A DNA stretch of 64,000 nucleotides from positions 96,001 to 160,000 of the forward strand of contig CBDBGZ010000005.1 in the NCBI GenBank assembly GCA_965205425.1, read 5' to 3'. Shown here piece after piece: positions 20,144 to 31,185 of the stretch; the first letter of the stretch is position 1; the number at the start of each line of letters is the position of its first letter. Position numbers and translations under genes: made by a program. This stretch comes from Nitrosopumilus sp. GTDB taxonomy: Archaea > Thermoproteota > Nitrososphaeria > Nitrososphaerales > Nitrosopumilaceae. The notes beneath the pieces were generated by a model. It had not been told where the DNA came from. It saw nothing but the letters and a program-made list of their open reading frames with translations, and ran no database searches.

Positions 20144-20311
20144 ATGTCTACCTTTCTTTCAAAAACCAAAAATCGAGTCAGTTTTGAGGAGCGAATACAG
20201 ACAAAAGCAGTCAATACTCAAAAAACATCCCAGTCAGCAATAAGAAACTTTGAGAGATTTTGCAAGGAAAACTATGGCAAATCAATGGAGGAGACAATAT
20301 CAGAGAGTTGA
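20144..20311 (+). pseudogene. N-terminal fragment resembling a tyrosine integrase core-binding domain
   Basis: MSTFLSKTKNRVSFEERIQTKAVNTQKTSQSAIRNFERFCKENYGKSMEETISES*; T..S....I.NF..F pattern; no catalytic domain. Confidence 0.5.
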
Positions 20312-20395
20312 GATGGAACTAGTCTACGAGTGCAAAAGTAAATAAAAATCTGCCATCAAGATTTTATCAAAAAATTATTATAACAAATATGGAAA

Positions 20396-20913
20396 ATGTA
20401 TGTTATGAATACAGCACTACAATATAGAAAAATTAAGGTGTTGCCACAAAATGAAGCGAGGATGCTGGATATTTTGTTGTCTACCAGTCAACAATTCAAT
20501 GCCATTTCAAAAGATGAATATTATATTACAGAGAAACAGTCCAACATCCTTACTAAAAAAAGAGTTCCATATCAGAAATTATAATAAAGCTAACCAAGAA
20601 AATCAAACTACATTACAAGCTGTTGCAATTTTATAACGATGGACAACGTATTCCCAACAAAAAAATACTCAAAGTAAAAAATTTTTTCATAAGCAAATAT
20701 GGCTTGATTATCAGTAGATAGTTGAGACTTGGGCATAATCAATTATTTAATGAATATTGCAAGGAACAAATAAACTACAAAGCACATCACAAAGATCCTA
20801 AAATGAAAATTAATATTACATTTGAACATGATGATTCAGAGTTTATTATGTCACTAATGAAATTAAAGATTGTAAAAGATCTGCAGCAATCTGATACAAC
20901 TCTAAATTTTTAG
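20396..20913 (+). pseudogene. fragmented hypothetical ORF(s)
   Basis: Short overlapping frames with internal stops. Confidence 0.35.
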
Positions 20914-21111
20914 CCCAAATTGTTATCAATTCTGATATTTTATCAACATAACTTGATGTAGTATTGGTAAAAGGAATTTTTGATTCTTTAATCTTGTTTA
21001 CAGATTTATCTATAAAATTTTCAACAATGTCCATACCATCACCAGTAATTCCTCCAGTTGGTCCAAAAAACTCAGTGCCATCATCAGAATAATCGATTGT
21101 GCCTTTTACTA

Positions 21112-23165
21112 TAGCGAAAAGATAAAGTTCGTGAACTAAATTATTCCAAAACAAAAAACTTTTTGATCACTATGTATGGTAAAATTTGATGAACAAGTTA
21201 GAATCACTTGAAGTAGCATACAAAAAAGAAAACTCCAAGGTTGCAGTAAGGATGCTTGCAGTGTTGATGATTCTAAAGGATGGTAAGGAATTAGAACACA
21301 CTGCAAAGACACTGCACAAGCTGGGTGAGAAAATGGACGAGTCGTTGAGATAGATGGCCTCTACGACCACCCAAGAAGTGGCAGGCCAAGAACAATCTCC
21401 CAGACTCGAATGGATGCTATCATGTCAAAAGCAATGCTAACTTTGTTTACCCCCATAATGTTGCAACAAAGTATCTTTTATTCCACTGGAGTAAAATTTC
21501 ACATAACCCACATCAGAAAGATAATGCACCAATACGGCATGTCTGCAAAAACTGCACAAAAATATCACATCAACCATGCAAGTATATCTGCTGTGAGAAG
21601 CTGGCAACAACGCATCAAAAAGAGAATTTCACGCCTAAAAAAGAAAGGATTTGTCATTGCAATGGCTGATGAAGCATTCTTTGTAAGGGATACAAAAACA
21701 GGAAAAAAGTACTGGTCACCAGTTGCCAAGAGAATATTTCTTCCATATACAGGACGACATGAGAGTCTGGCAGTGTATGGTACAATTACAGAAAATGGCA
21801 ATCAACTATTCAGAGTTTATGACAAATTCGGCCTTGTAGAAACCATAATAAAATAACAAAATCTAATTTTCTAATCCTGTAAGCATTGTATGCAATTAAC
21901 CTGTACAACATCTCATTGTCCTGAGTTGTAACATTTCTTGATGTGACATCTCCTGACATTATCTGTTTGATCACAAAAAAGATTGTTTCAGATTTGTTTC
22001 TCTGATGGTACAATTGTACAGGAAAGTTCCTCTTCATCTCCTTTCTGTGAATTCCGCTGGTTCTGTAAATTGGAACTGTTCTATATCGAGTTGGAATCAT
22101 TGCAGCTGTGTTGATCTGTTCTGCACCAACATGGTTATTCTCATCATCAAAACCCATGTCACCTAACACAATATCAACTGGAACAATATTGTTGGTTTTG
22201 TACAACAATGGCAGAAAATCAGGATTATCATGTTGCATGTTGTGGTGTGTCATGACACAGCAAACAAGCTGTGTATTCATGTCAGCACAAACAACAACTT
22301 TTAGGAAATTTCTGCGTAACTGTACTCTTTTTGTATAATAGTATGATGCTGTACTGTAACTGAATCCGCTACCATCAATTCCAGCTAGAACCAGTCTGAC
22401 TTTTTTGTACAAAATGAATTCCTGCAACATTTTATGTAACAGATTTCCTTCCAGTCTTGCAGCTGCCTTTTGTAGTGTGGTGTAATGTGGAATGGTAGAC
22501 AAACCAAGATATTCCTGAATTCCTACACATTCTTCTAAAAATTCTGTAAATCTTCTATAACTCTTTGATTCGTACTGTCGTATTGCCAAGAGTATGAGAT
22601 GTGTCCAAACAGAATAGATATGATTTGATTTTGGATGTAAGAACCTAGAATTCTGCATCTGGTGATTATATTGAGTAGTGTTTTGCACATTTTGACGTAT
22701 GATGAGACCATACTGTAATCTGCAAATACAATCCTAATGGATCTAAATTAGCTAAAATGTATCACAATTGGGTTAAAATCAGATGGTTTCTACAAGGCCG
22801 ACAAATTCAATGCTGTGACATTTGTAGAGTACCTAAAGGAATTGCATCAGAAATACGGCAAGATTGCAATCATTTTAGATAGAGCATCAGTTCACAAATC
22901 AAAGAAGGTAAAGGAATATCTTGCAAACAATAGAGATGTCAAACTAATCTGGTTGCCAAAGGGATCACCATACTTGAAGAACATGATAGAGCAGTGCTGG
23001 AAGATAAGCAAGTATGCATTGTTGGTTTCAGAGTATTATGCAATGTTTACAATAATGAACAAGGCAGTGTCCGAATATTTCAGAGTGACAAAGTTCAAGC
23101 TTGATGTTGCAAATTATATCTTTAGAAATCCTGCAAAGATGTTTGCGAACTTTTGATCGTCGCTA
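21112..23165 (+). mobile_element. IS630 copy 2 carrying a nested IS5-family element
   Basis: Same IRs as copy 1, TA duplication (21110-21111 / 23166-23167); 8-bp and 2-bp deletions in the 5' ORF. Confidence 0.92.
21830..22799 (-). mobile_element. IS5-family (IS903-like) copy 2, 970 bp, frameshifted transposase
   Basis: Same 17-bp IRs; 9-bp TSD GACAAATTC (21821-21829, 22800-22808); 1-bp deletion near 22648. Confidence 0.95.
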
Positions 23166-23357
23166 TAGATTCTTTTTTATTAAATATCCCTAATTATGTT
23201 GATAATCCTTTGAATCAATATCTTTTAGTTTTTCATTATCCAATTGGTCAGGAATACCTGTCTGATTTCTCATTGCTTTGTAATAATCAAATAGAATTTC
23301 TAATCTAATTTGTCTATCATTTATAATTATGATTTGTAATGTATATTAATAAATAAA

Positions 23358-23492
23358 TTATTTCTTTTCCATCTCGTAAAAACAATTAGAACACAAATAT
23401 TCATAATCTAGATATTCATCAAATGTGAAAACCCATTTCTCTTCTCCACAAGAATCGCAAATTCCTACAGTTCTATTTGTACCATCATGCAT
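23358..23492 (-). CDS. 44-aa zinc-finger microprotein (not in ORF track)
   Basis: MHDGTNRTVGICDSCGEEKWVFTFDEYLDYEYLCSNCFYEMEKK*. Confidence 0.7.
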   Translation of the reverse strand: MHDGTNRTVGICDSCGEEKWVFTFDEYLDYEYLCSNCFYEMEKK

Positions 23493-23504
23493 TATTCTAA
23501 TTAT

Positions 23505-24188
23505 TCAAGACTGTTTTATATCATCTACGTTATAATCCAGTCTATTTATCATGTTTACAGTAAGATCAAGATTGTTCATCAGTGCTTGGTCTTTGTCTGG
23601 ATGAAGATTCTTTTTTATCTCATTTATACCTGATTCTACCAGTACGCTTGCCATGTCGCGATAGTATCTTTTGTGGGAATCTCTGTATCTTGTATCTGCA
23701 ATATCATCTGCATTACTGTAGGTTTTATATCCTCCAATATTTTGAGACGTGATACCCTGAGGATGGAATGTAAAGATAGCATCAAGCAAATGTTTTATTG
23801 TATCTGGACTAAATATGTCAGAGGCAAGCTCCCTTTGAAGAGCTTTGAAATATTGCAAAACATACTCTTCTCCCACCAGATTAAAACTCAGAGTAGATTT
23901 TATTATTTCAGGACTTGGGTTTGAATAGATTTCCCTGATGTATTTTTTATCCTTGTGGTTGGAGGTTCCGGTAATTTTCTCAGGTGTTGTATTGGAGATT
24001 TTAATCATATCAGATAACAGGACAAATCCCTGCATAGAATTTGTTATTCTTGATATAATGTCATTTTTTGCCTTGGAGAGTCTCTTTGTTTCAGTCTTTG
24101 AGCGGTTCCCAACTCCAAATTCTTGATTGTAGTGGCCCTTTAGAAGGTCAAGAATCTTTCTTTCAAACTGGGTAATTTCATCAGGCAT
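23505..24188 (-). CDS. hypothetical protein
   Basis: 227-aa intact ORF, no recognised motif. Confidence 0.75.
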   Translation of the reverse strand: MPDEITQFERKILDLLKGHYNQEFGVGNRSKTETKRLSKAKNDIISRITNSMQGFVLLSDMIKISNTTPEKITGTSNHKDKKYIREIYSNPSPEIIKSTLSFNLVGEEYVLQYFKALQRELASDIFSPDTIKHLLDAIFTFHPQGITSQNIGGYKTYSNADDIADTRYRDSHKRYYRDMASVLVESGINEIKKNLHPDKDQALMNNLDLTVNMINRLDYNVDDIKQS

Positions 24189-24245
24189 TGCTTAAAATTG
24201 GTAGAAGTTTTATTAAAATCTACTTTAATTCACATCTTTGCAGAG

Positions 24246-24854
24246 TTATACTTTTACACGTATCTTTCCAGTCAGTAATTTTTGCATCAGACCTTTCTTT
24301 AGAATTTCTAGCTTTTTCTTGTATTCTTGGTTTTTCTGAATGTATGCATCAACTCCAGACAGGATTGACGCAATTTTTTGCTGTTCTGATAATAGAGGGC
24401 AAATTATTGGTATTACACACATATCTCTTTGATTTAATTTTGGTATGGCTGTAGATGCCACAAATTTGACTAATGAAATATGATTTAGAACTTTTTCAAG
24501 AAAATAATGTGATATATTTTCTTTCATTTTTAAAACATGAGCGTGGTTATTAACCCAACATTTTTCCTCAATGGTAAACGCAATAGGCAATACCCTGCTT
24601 TTTAAATTTTCACCATCTTCTGATAAACACAATATTCTTTCATCAAAAATATAATCATCAATATGATCAATGATACCAGAAGCTCCATAATACGGATATT
24701 TTCCAAATCTTTTTTTCCTTTCAGATACTTCCAAGGGAATACGTTTAGAATCTAGAATATTCACTAATGTTTCTAATTTTCTAATCTCCCACTCTTCAGG
24801 AATCTCAATCTCTTTTCCAAACAGCCAAGTAACCTTCTTGTAGCCTTTCCTCAT
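24246..24854 (-). CDS. hsdS: type I R-M specificity subunit, single-TRD (half-size)
   Basis: EIPEEWE, YPYYGASG, VNNHAHVL, EQQKIASILS, KKGLMQKLLTGKIRV. Confidence 0.9.
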   Translation of the reverse strand: MRKGYKKVTWLFGKEIEIPEEWEIRKLETLVNILDSKRIPLEVSERKKRFGKYPYYGASGIIDHIDDYIFDERILCLSEDGENLKSRVLPIAFTIEEKCWVNNHAHVLKMKENISHYFLEKVLNHISLVKFVASTAIPKLNQRDMCVIPIICPLLSEQQKIASILSGVDAYIQKNQEYKKKLEILKKGLMQKLLTGKIRVKV

Positions 24855-24863
24855 GTCGGTAAA

Positions 24864-25532
24864 CTATCCGCCATATGCACATACACCCATTCTGGGAGAA
24901 TTAATAACAGACAAAAATGAGGGTTCATCATCTCCTGATTCCTCACACGTATGTTTTTCCAAACAATCTTCACAATAAAATCCATTATCATAATCTCTAC
25001 ACATCTCACATAGAGACGTGGCCACTCCTTCACATGACTTACAATTATATCTGAACTGATTGTTTCTTGCCAGCAACTCTATCGTTTTTGTTTCATGAGG
25101 TACGTCATTTTGTGTAGCATATACTTCTAATCTCAATGTTGTAGTCCAACCATAGTCGTATTCATGGGAGAATTTCATTCCATGATGTAAAATATTTTTT
25201 ATCTTCACACGCATTGTCTTTGAATCCAATTCCCCAAACATGTCATCCTTTGATTTCTCATAGTATACATCATCAATTATAAAATGACTTAGATGACCAC
25301 AGCATTCAAGCCAGATATCTCTCAAAAATGCATCCAATTCATCTAATGTATAGTCTACATCTACTTTGACAAACATCCAATACCAAGATCCATGTCCAGT
25401 AATCTTTAGTACAAATGACTGTTTTTCATTGTCTGTTTGTATTTTTGTGCATTTTAGTAAATGCCTTCCCATCTGAGTCAATGAAAATACGCTTTTACAA
25501 GTATAACAAATTCCCTTTGTAACCAATGACAT
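24864..25532 (-). CDS. pRiA4b ORF-3-like Cys-rich protein
   Basis: TL.ELD.FLRDIWLECCGHLSHF, EYDYG.TT, NSPRMGVCAY. Confidence 0.75.
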   Translation of the reverse strand: MSLVTKGICYTCKSVFSLTQMGRHLLKCTKIQTDNEKQSFVLKITGHGSWYWMFVKVDVDYTLDELDAFLRDIWLECCGHLSHFIIDDVYYEKSKDDMFGELDSKTMRVKIKNILHHGMKFSHEYDYGWTTTLRLEVYATQNDVPHETKTIELLARNNQFRYNCKSCEGVATSLCEMCRDYDNGFYCEDCLEKHTCEESGDDEPSFLSVINSPRMGVCAYGG

Positions 25533-25564
25533 TTGTAAATTTTTTATCTAATTAAACATATATC

Positions 25565-25768
25565 TCAAAGTTTTATGTTCAATTCTTTGAGATCTTCTTT
25601 CACTTTTTCTCGGAGTTTCTCTTGTTCTGCATTGACTATTTTTAATTCATCATATGCATCTTGAATGTCAATTTCTTCTTCAGGTTCTGAAATATCCACA
25701 TACCTTGGGACATTCAAATTAAATTCGTTTTCCTTTAATTCATCAAAATCTGCAACATGACAGTACCT
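25565..25768 (-). pseudogene. hsdM: C-terminal remnant of type I methyltransferase HsdM
   Basis: RYCHVADFDELKENEFNLNVPRYVDISEPEEEIDI...LNIKL*; cut at the IS481 end. Confidence 0.85.
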
Positions 25769-26798
25769 TGTTGTATCCCAAAATCAGTTCGTCCCTTATT
25801 TGACATCGTATTCTTCTCCTGTCTGCTCATCAATAACTCTTGTTCCTTTCTCTGGCATCTTTCTTGCATATGCCTTTGCAGGGGTCTCAAGATTATCCCA
25901 GTCAAGTGACATGTGTGGCTTTATGTGATTGTACCAGTGGACCAGCTCATCAATGGTGCCAAACCATTTCTGCTTTCTCTGAATCTCGCCGTGAAATCTT
26001 TCGAGCTTGCCATTGGTTTGAGGATGGTTCACTCTTGCCATGATATGCTTTATCTCTAATTTTACCAGTTCTTGCTCAAACTGGGATGCTCCTTTTCTCT
26101 TGTATTCTGATTGGTTTGCATAAAACTGGGAGCCATGATCAGTTAGAATTGATGCAGGCCTACCGTGCTTTGCAATTGCCTCATGTAATACTACAAGTGC
26201 GTTATCTGTTGTTGCCTCTGCAAACACTCCATGAGAAACGATAAACCTTGATGCGTCATCCTGGTAGCATAAGAACCATCTGCCATCATCTAGCTTCTTC
26301 CAGTCAGTATGCCACATGGAGTTTGAATATGTCCTTTCATATCGAACCCACTTTCGTCTTCTCCTCTTCTTTGGCTGAGCTTCTGCCAACCCTTCATCTC
26401 TCATAATTTTGTGTATGGTATTGTGAGGTATGTGTGTTCCAGTAGTATCAATTATTTTCTCCAAGAATACTGCAGAACACCTGAACTTTTCAAATGTAGA
26501 CTGGACAGTCTGCACCATCTGCTCTGTGATTATTCCCTTTGGCCTTCCAGACTTGCCTAGGATTGGAACTGCACCAGTACGGCGATACCGTGAGTAGAGT
26601 TTCTGCATCCACCCAACAGATATCTTCATGGATGAGGCAACGTCTGCGTTCTTGGCACCGATCCTCTTTTGACTTGATTATCCAGGATATCTGGATTGGA
26701 TCTAACTTTTGCATAATCTTGTGATTCTTTCCTCTTTTCCAAACGTATCTTGACTTTAGTCTGGAAATAATGGGGTGAACTAATTTGAGGATAATAGA
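25769..26798 (-). mobile_element. IS481-family insertion sequence, frameshifted transposase
   Basis: WHTD, DDASR, TDHGSQF, PQTNGKLERF; imperfect IRs tgttgTATCCcaaaaTcAGTTC / tctatTATCCtcaaaTtAGTTC; ORF from 26714 shifts frame near 26660; no TSD seen. Confidence 0.85.
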
Positions 26799-26839
26799 TA
26801 AAATCATCATTACACAATCAATAAATTATACTAATTACA

Positions 26840-27985
26840 TGAGACTTGGGCATAATGATTTACAAAAATAATTTCCAATATTTCTCTAGCAGCACAACAT
26901 TCTCTTTACAGTTCTTGGATTCTCTGCACCAATTGCACAGTTGTAGTAAACTGTCAACTGATACACAAGAACACAAACCAACACAAATGATTTGACATTG
27001 TGCAATCCCTTTACAGGCAATACTCTGATGTCAAAAATATCTTTGAGATACTCAAATAGAGGTTCAATTGAGACTTTTCTATCTGCATACAGCTCTTGCC
27101 CAATTACAGAATTGTAAAACTCTACGAGTTTTATTCTCTCTGGCGGCGTATGCGGGTATTGTTTTATTGGAGTAATTAGTCTCAGATTTTTCTTGTTGCT
27201 AAATTGATGCAGTGAACCGTTGTCATATGCAGGATCACATAAGATATTCTCGACAAATCCTGCAAGAGATTCAGTTAGTATTTCATACATCTTGCCGTCA
27301 TGAACATTTGCAGTTGAGACATCAGCAGACAATGGAACTATCAGTTTTCCAGTACTGCAACTCATATGCAGTTTGTACCCAAATATCCAACCCTTTAATT
27401 TTGAAAAACCCCATTTTGCATCTGTGTCAATTCCTGAGATTGGAATTCTATTCTTTTTCATATCTGACTTGTGCCATACTGGACCTGCAGCTTTTAGCAT
27501 GGAACTATCCACTGATGCAGATATGTCATCGACTAGTTTCTCTGATACAAACAGACTTTCCATATTACTGATTATATCACCAATTGGCAGAACTTGGAAT
27601 CGTCTGTCAATGGTTCTTCTGTTTGGGATTTGAGCTAGTCTGCAAACCTTGAGCAATTTATCATTGATACCTTTAGTCAAAAGAAAATAATGTAATGTAT
27701 TGTTGCTTGGAATTCTCATCCAAGATTTTATGATGAACAGCTGTACACCATCAGAATTGTAGAGTATACGTACGGTCTACCAGGTTTTCAGCATCTCCTC
27801 ATACAAAGACAACATTCCCACCAAATGTAACACGCCAATAAGAAATGATTCCGATAGAATCTTGCCAGGGATTTTCATTTGTTTTGACATTCCAATGAAC
27901 GAAACATGATAAGATCCTTAGCTTTTTCTATTTGAATAATTTGAGAATTGACTCAAAAATTAGAATTAGTTATGCCCATGTCTCA
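26840..27985 (-). mobile_element. DDE insertion sequence (IS4/IS5 superfamily, subfamily unassigned), pseudogenised
   Basis: IRs TGAGACtTGGGCATAA / TGAGACaTGGGCATAA; VDSS, GYKLH, DPAYD, IEPLF; ORF from 27890 has a TAG, and the GRPYVYS motif is out of frame. Confidence 0.85.
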
Positions 27986-28133
27986 GTTATACTATCTAAT
28001 GTAACATGCAATCAAAAAATTCTATTACAATTTCTAATAATGTCTACCAGTTTTTATCAACAACACAAGTTAATTTTTTTATGACTAGCAAAAATTGTTT
28101 TGTTTAAAAGAATTTGTCCAAATCAGACATTTA

Positions 28134-28754
28134 TCAAGCAAGTTCTGAGAATCTATTTCCCACATAATCCCAATTAACAACATTCCACCAAGATTCAACA
28201 TAAGCAGGTCTTTTGTTTTGGTATTTCAAATAGTATGCATGTTCCCAAACATCCAACCCAAGTAATGGAAATTTTCCAAGTGTCCAAGGACTAGTTTGGT
28301 TTTCAGTAGTTATAATTTCTATTTTATGATATGTAGAATTAAAAACTAACCAACACCAACCACTACCTTGTATTGTTATTGCTTTTTCAGAAAATATTTT
28401 TTTGAAATTCTCAAAATTGTCAAAATAAACATCAATTTGGTCTGCTATTTGACCAAAAGGTTTTCCATCACCATTTGGAGTCATAGTTTCCCAAAATAAT
28501 CTATGATTTTCAAAACCACCACCAAAAAAATTGATTGCACTTCTTCCAGATTCTGGAATAGATTTTAGATCAGAGAGGACAGATGAAATGTATTGAGGAT
28601 GAGAAGCACTTCCAACATCAGCTAGAGATTTGTTTAATCCATCGACATATGTCTGATGATGTTTTTGATGATGGATTTTCATTGTTTCAGCATCAATGAA
28701 GGGTTCCAGTTCATCATATCCATAAGGAAGTCTCGGAAGTTCGTATAGAACCAT
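28134..28754 (-). CDS. sod: Fe/Mn superoxide dismutase
   Basis: HHQKHH, NH..FW, DVWEHAYY. Confidence 0.97.
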   Translation of the reverse strand: MVLYELPRLPYGYDELEPFIDAETMKIHHQKHHQTYVDGLNKSLADVGSASHPQYISSVLSDLKSIPESGRSAINFFGGGFENHRLFWETMTPNGDGKPFGQIADQIDVYFDNFENFKKIFSEKAITIQGSGWCWLVFNSTYHKIEIITTENQTSPWTLGKFPLLGLDVWEHAYYLKYQNKRPAYVESWWNVVNWDYVGNRFSELA

Positions 28755-28845
28755 GAGTCAATTCAGGGTAATCCACATATATTCTTCAAGAACTAAAATT
28801 CAATCTAGTGCAAAGAATGATAAATCTTAAGGAAATATTAACAAT

Positions 28846-29460
28846 ATGAGAAAACTAGGAACCATAGATTTAGAAATTTTACATTTAGCAATAAATGAGA
28901 ATGGAACATTTAATGAAACCAATCTCGAAAATTCAAAATTAAAGAGATTAGGGGTTGGCAAAATTTTAGATTCTCTTGCGACATTAAAAGACAGAAAAAT
29001 GATTTCATTGAATAGCAACGGTTCATTCTCAATAACAAATCTAGCAAAAGAAATTTTGTGGAGCGGGAATATTCCAACATGGGCAAAAATATTACGATTA
29101 CTGCAAATCAAATCATGCAATATGGATCAAATTGAAGATATTTTAAAAATTTCAAGAAATGAATTGGTTGAAGAAATTGAAAAATTACGAAAAAATCAAT
29201 TTTTACTAATGTCTCCACAAAGGTTAGAAGATAAACTAGTCAAAGTTTTTGAGATTCTTCCAGAAGGAATTACAAAAATTGACAAGACTGAAACAGATGG
29301 ATTTGGAAATACTGAATTTGGGGAATCAAAACCAGAAATTGAAATTCTAAGCATAATAGATGAAGTCATCAAAGACATTCAAGAATCTAAACTAGAACAA
29401 ACAAAGAAAGAAGTAATCAATAAAAAATTATTCAAATTAAAAGATAAATTAGAAATTTAG
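28846..29460 (+). CDS. tandem winged-helix hypothetical protein
   Basis: Two wHTH-like segments. Confidence 0.7.
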   Translation: MRKLGTIDLEILHLAINENGTFNETNLENSKLKRLGVGKILDSLATLKDRKMISLNSNGSFSITNLAKEILWSGNIPTWAKILRLLQIKSCNMDQIEDILKISRNELVEEIEKLRKNQFLLMSPQRLEDKLVKVFEILPEGITKIDKTETDGFGNTEFGESKPEIEILSIIDEVIKDIQESKLEQTKKEVINKKLFKLKDKLEI

Positions 29461-31185
29461 TTATTTAGCGCGAATCTTATCTTGTATTTGTGCCAAAATG
29501 AGTTCAGCCTTATCTTTATTCTCATAGTTTTCTGCAGTTTCGTCCATAATTTCATCAATTTCATAGCTTTTATCTACCAAAATATTTGCAACATGATCAT
29601 CAAGAGTACCATTTCCAATTAGATAATATGCAAATACAGTGTTCTTTTGACCTATTCTGTGCAGTCTATCTTCAGCTTGCCTATGAATTGCAGGGCTCCA
29701 ATCAAGTTCTGCAAAAATTACATATTTCGCCCTAGTCAAATTGATACCAACGTTACCGGCCCTAATTCCTGCAATCATTAATTTTGATTCACCTTTTTGG
29801 AATTTGTCTATTTGATCTTGACGTATGTTATCGGATTGTCCACCAATAATAGATACAGGAGAAAATTCTTGAAGGCTCTCATGAAGTAATTTATGAATCA
29901 CTTTATGATGGCAAAATACAACTACACTTTCTTCAATTTCCATAATATTTTTTACAAAATTAATTACATGCGGAAGTTTTGCAATGCCAGCAATTTGTCT
30001 TTCACTTTGAATTGCCCTGTGATAAGATACAGATTTAGAGAATTCAGTTTCAGCATCTTTTTGTTCTGCTTCAACTTTTTTCCAAATTTTGTCTAATTCT
30101 TCAAGATAATAATCAGTGTCGGCTGCAATTACTTCCTTGTAACGAACTTTGTCTTTTAGTTCTTTTAACACATCAGATTTTTTCCTTCTTAGCATCACAT
30201 GTTTTTGCAATTCATTTCGAAGAGATGCACGTTTGTTTTCTAAAACAATTGCTTTGCCTTTTTCATTAACATAACAAAAGTATTCACAAAATTCCTTAAA
30301 GCTTCCAAGCAACCCAGGTTTAATGATATCTATGATAGGCCATATTTCAGAACCACGATTATAGATTGGAGTTCCTGAAAGTCCTATTCGATATAGAATG
30401 GAAGGAAGTGCTGCCAATTTTTTTATTGCTTTATATTTTTGAGTAGTTTTAGACCTAAGATTATGTACTTCATCACAAACTATTGTTTTTAGTCCTAGTT
30501 TTGACAAGTCATCATTTCTTTTGAAAAGTAATTCATAATTTATTATGTAAATATCAGTTTTAGGAAGTTCTTTAGATTTACCAGTTCTAATTATTGTAAC
30601 ACTTGGGGATTCTGATTCAATAATTCGTCCATTCCTACTTTTCTTCTTTAGGAATTTTTCAATTTCGCGTTCCCAATTGTTTAATGTGACTAGCGGTGCA
30701 ACAACTAGAATTGGAAATGTTTGTTTTTCAGTTGCAGCATAAGATAATGTTTGTACGGTTTTTCCAAGACCCATTTCATCAGCCAATAAAGCATTACCAG
30801 AAGATTTTAACAAAAAATCCAATCCTTCTTTTTGAAAATTCAATAATTTTCCTCTAAACTGATCACCAGTTTTTGCTCGTTTCAATTTTAGTTTGATTGG
30901 GGGCAAAGTAGGTTTTGGAGCATATGTTTTTACAATTTTTCTTTGCCAAGTTGATTTGGATAAAATCTCCAAAGGATACCTATCCATGATTAATTTTAGT
31001 TGTTTTACAGTTTCAGTACTATCAGGAATAATGATTTCATTAACATTTTCACCATACCAAGCCTCTGAGACTAATCTAGAGATCATACTTACGGCACGAT
31101 CACCAGTTACTTTCCAACTCCAGATTTTAGAATATTTATCAAGCACATACTCGAGCGTACCGATATTTTCCATGGATGTTTCCAT
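29461..31185 (-). CDS. SNF2-family helicase
   Basis: LADEMGLGKT, DEVH, SGTP..N, GINL, QAEDRLHRIGQ. Confidence 0.95.
   Translation of the reverse strand: METSMENIGTLEYVLDKYSKIWSWKVTGDRAVSMISRLVSEAWYGENVNEIIIPDSTETVKQLKLIMDRYPLEILSKSTWQRKIVKTYAPKPTLPPIKLKLKRAKTGDQFRGKLLNFQKEGLDFLLKSSGNALLADEMGLGKTVQTLSYAATEKQTFPILVVAPLVTLNNWEREIEKFLKKKSRNGRIIESESPSVTIIRTGKSKELPKTDIYIINYELLFKRNDDLSKLGLKTIVCDEVHNLRSKTTQKYKAIKKLAALPSILYRIGLSGTPIYNRGSEIWPIIDIIKPGLLGSFKEFCEYFCYVNEKGKAIVLENKRASLRNELQKHVMLRRKKSDVLKELKDKVRYKEVIAADTDYYLEELDKIWKKVEAEQKDAETEFSKSVSYHRAIQSERQIAGIAKLPHVINFVKNIMEIEESVVVFCHHKVIHKLLHESLQEFSPVSIIGGQSDNIRQDQIDKFQKGESKLMIAGIRAGNVGINLTRAKYVIFAELDWSPAIHRQAEDRLHRIGQKNTVFAYYLIGNGTLDDHVANILVDKSYEIDEIMDETAENYENKDKAELILAQIQDKIRAK

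Larger units (their letters stand above)
20846..23330 (-). pseudogene. ~140-aa wHTH-like gene split by IS630
   Basis: Empty site joins NDRQIRLEILFDYYKAM...HN*GYLIKKNL-VKGTIDY...GITGDGMDIVE in frame. Confidence 0.6.
20128..28050. mobile_element. decayed integrative element / genomic island
   Basis: Integrase-like stub, R-M remnants, four IS copies and multiple pseudogenes between intact genes; boundaries approximate. Confidence 0.7.

Noticed and set aside
26826..27994. TTATACTA as target-site duplication of the 26.8-28.0 kb IS
   Set aside because: Offsets from the IRs are unequal (6 vs 1 nt), so it cannot be called cleanly
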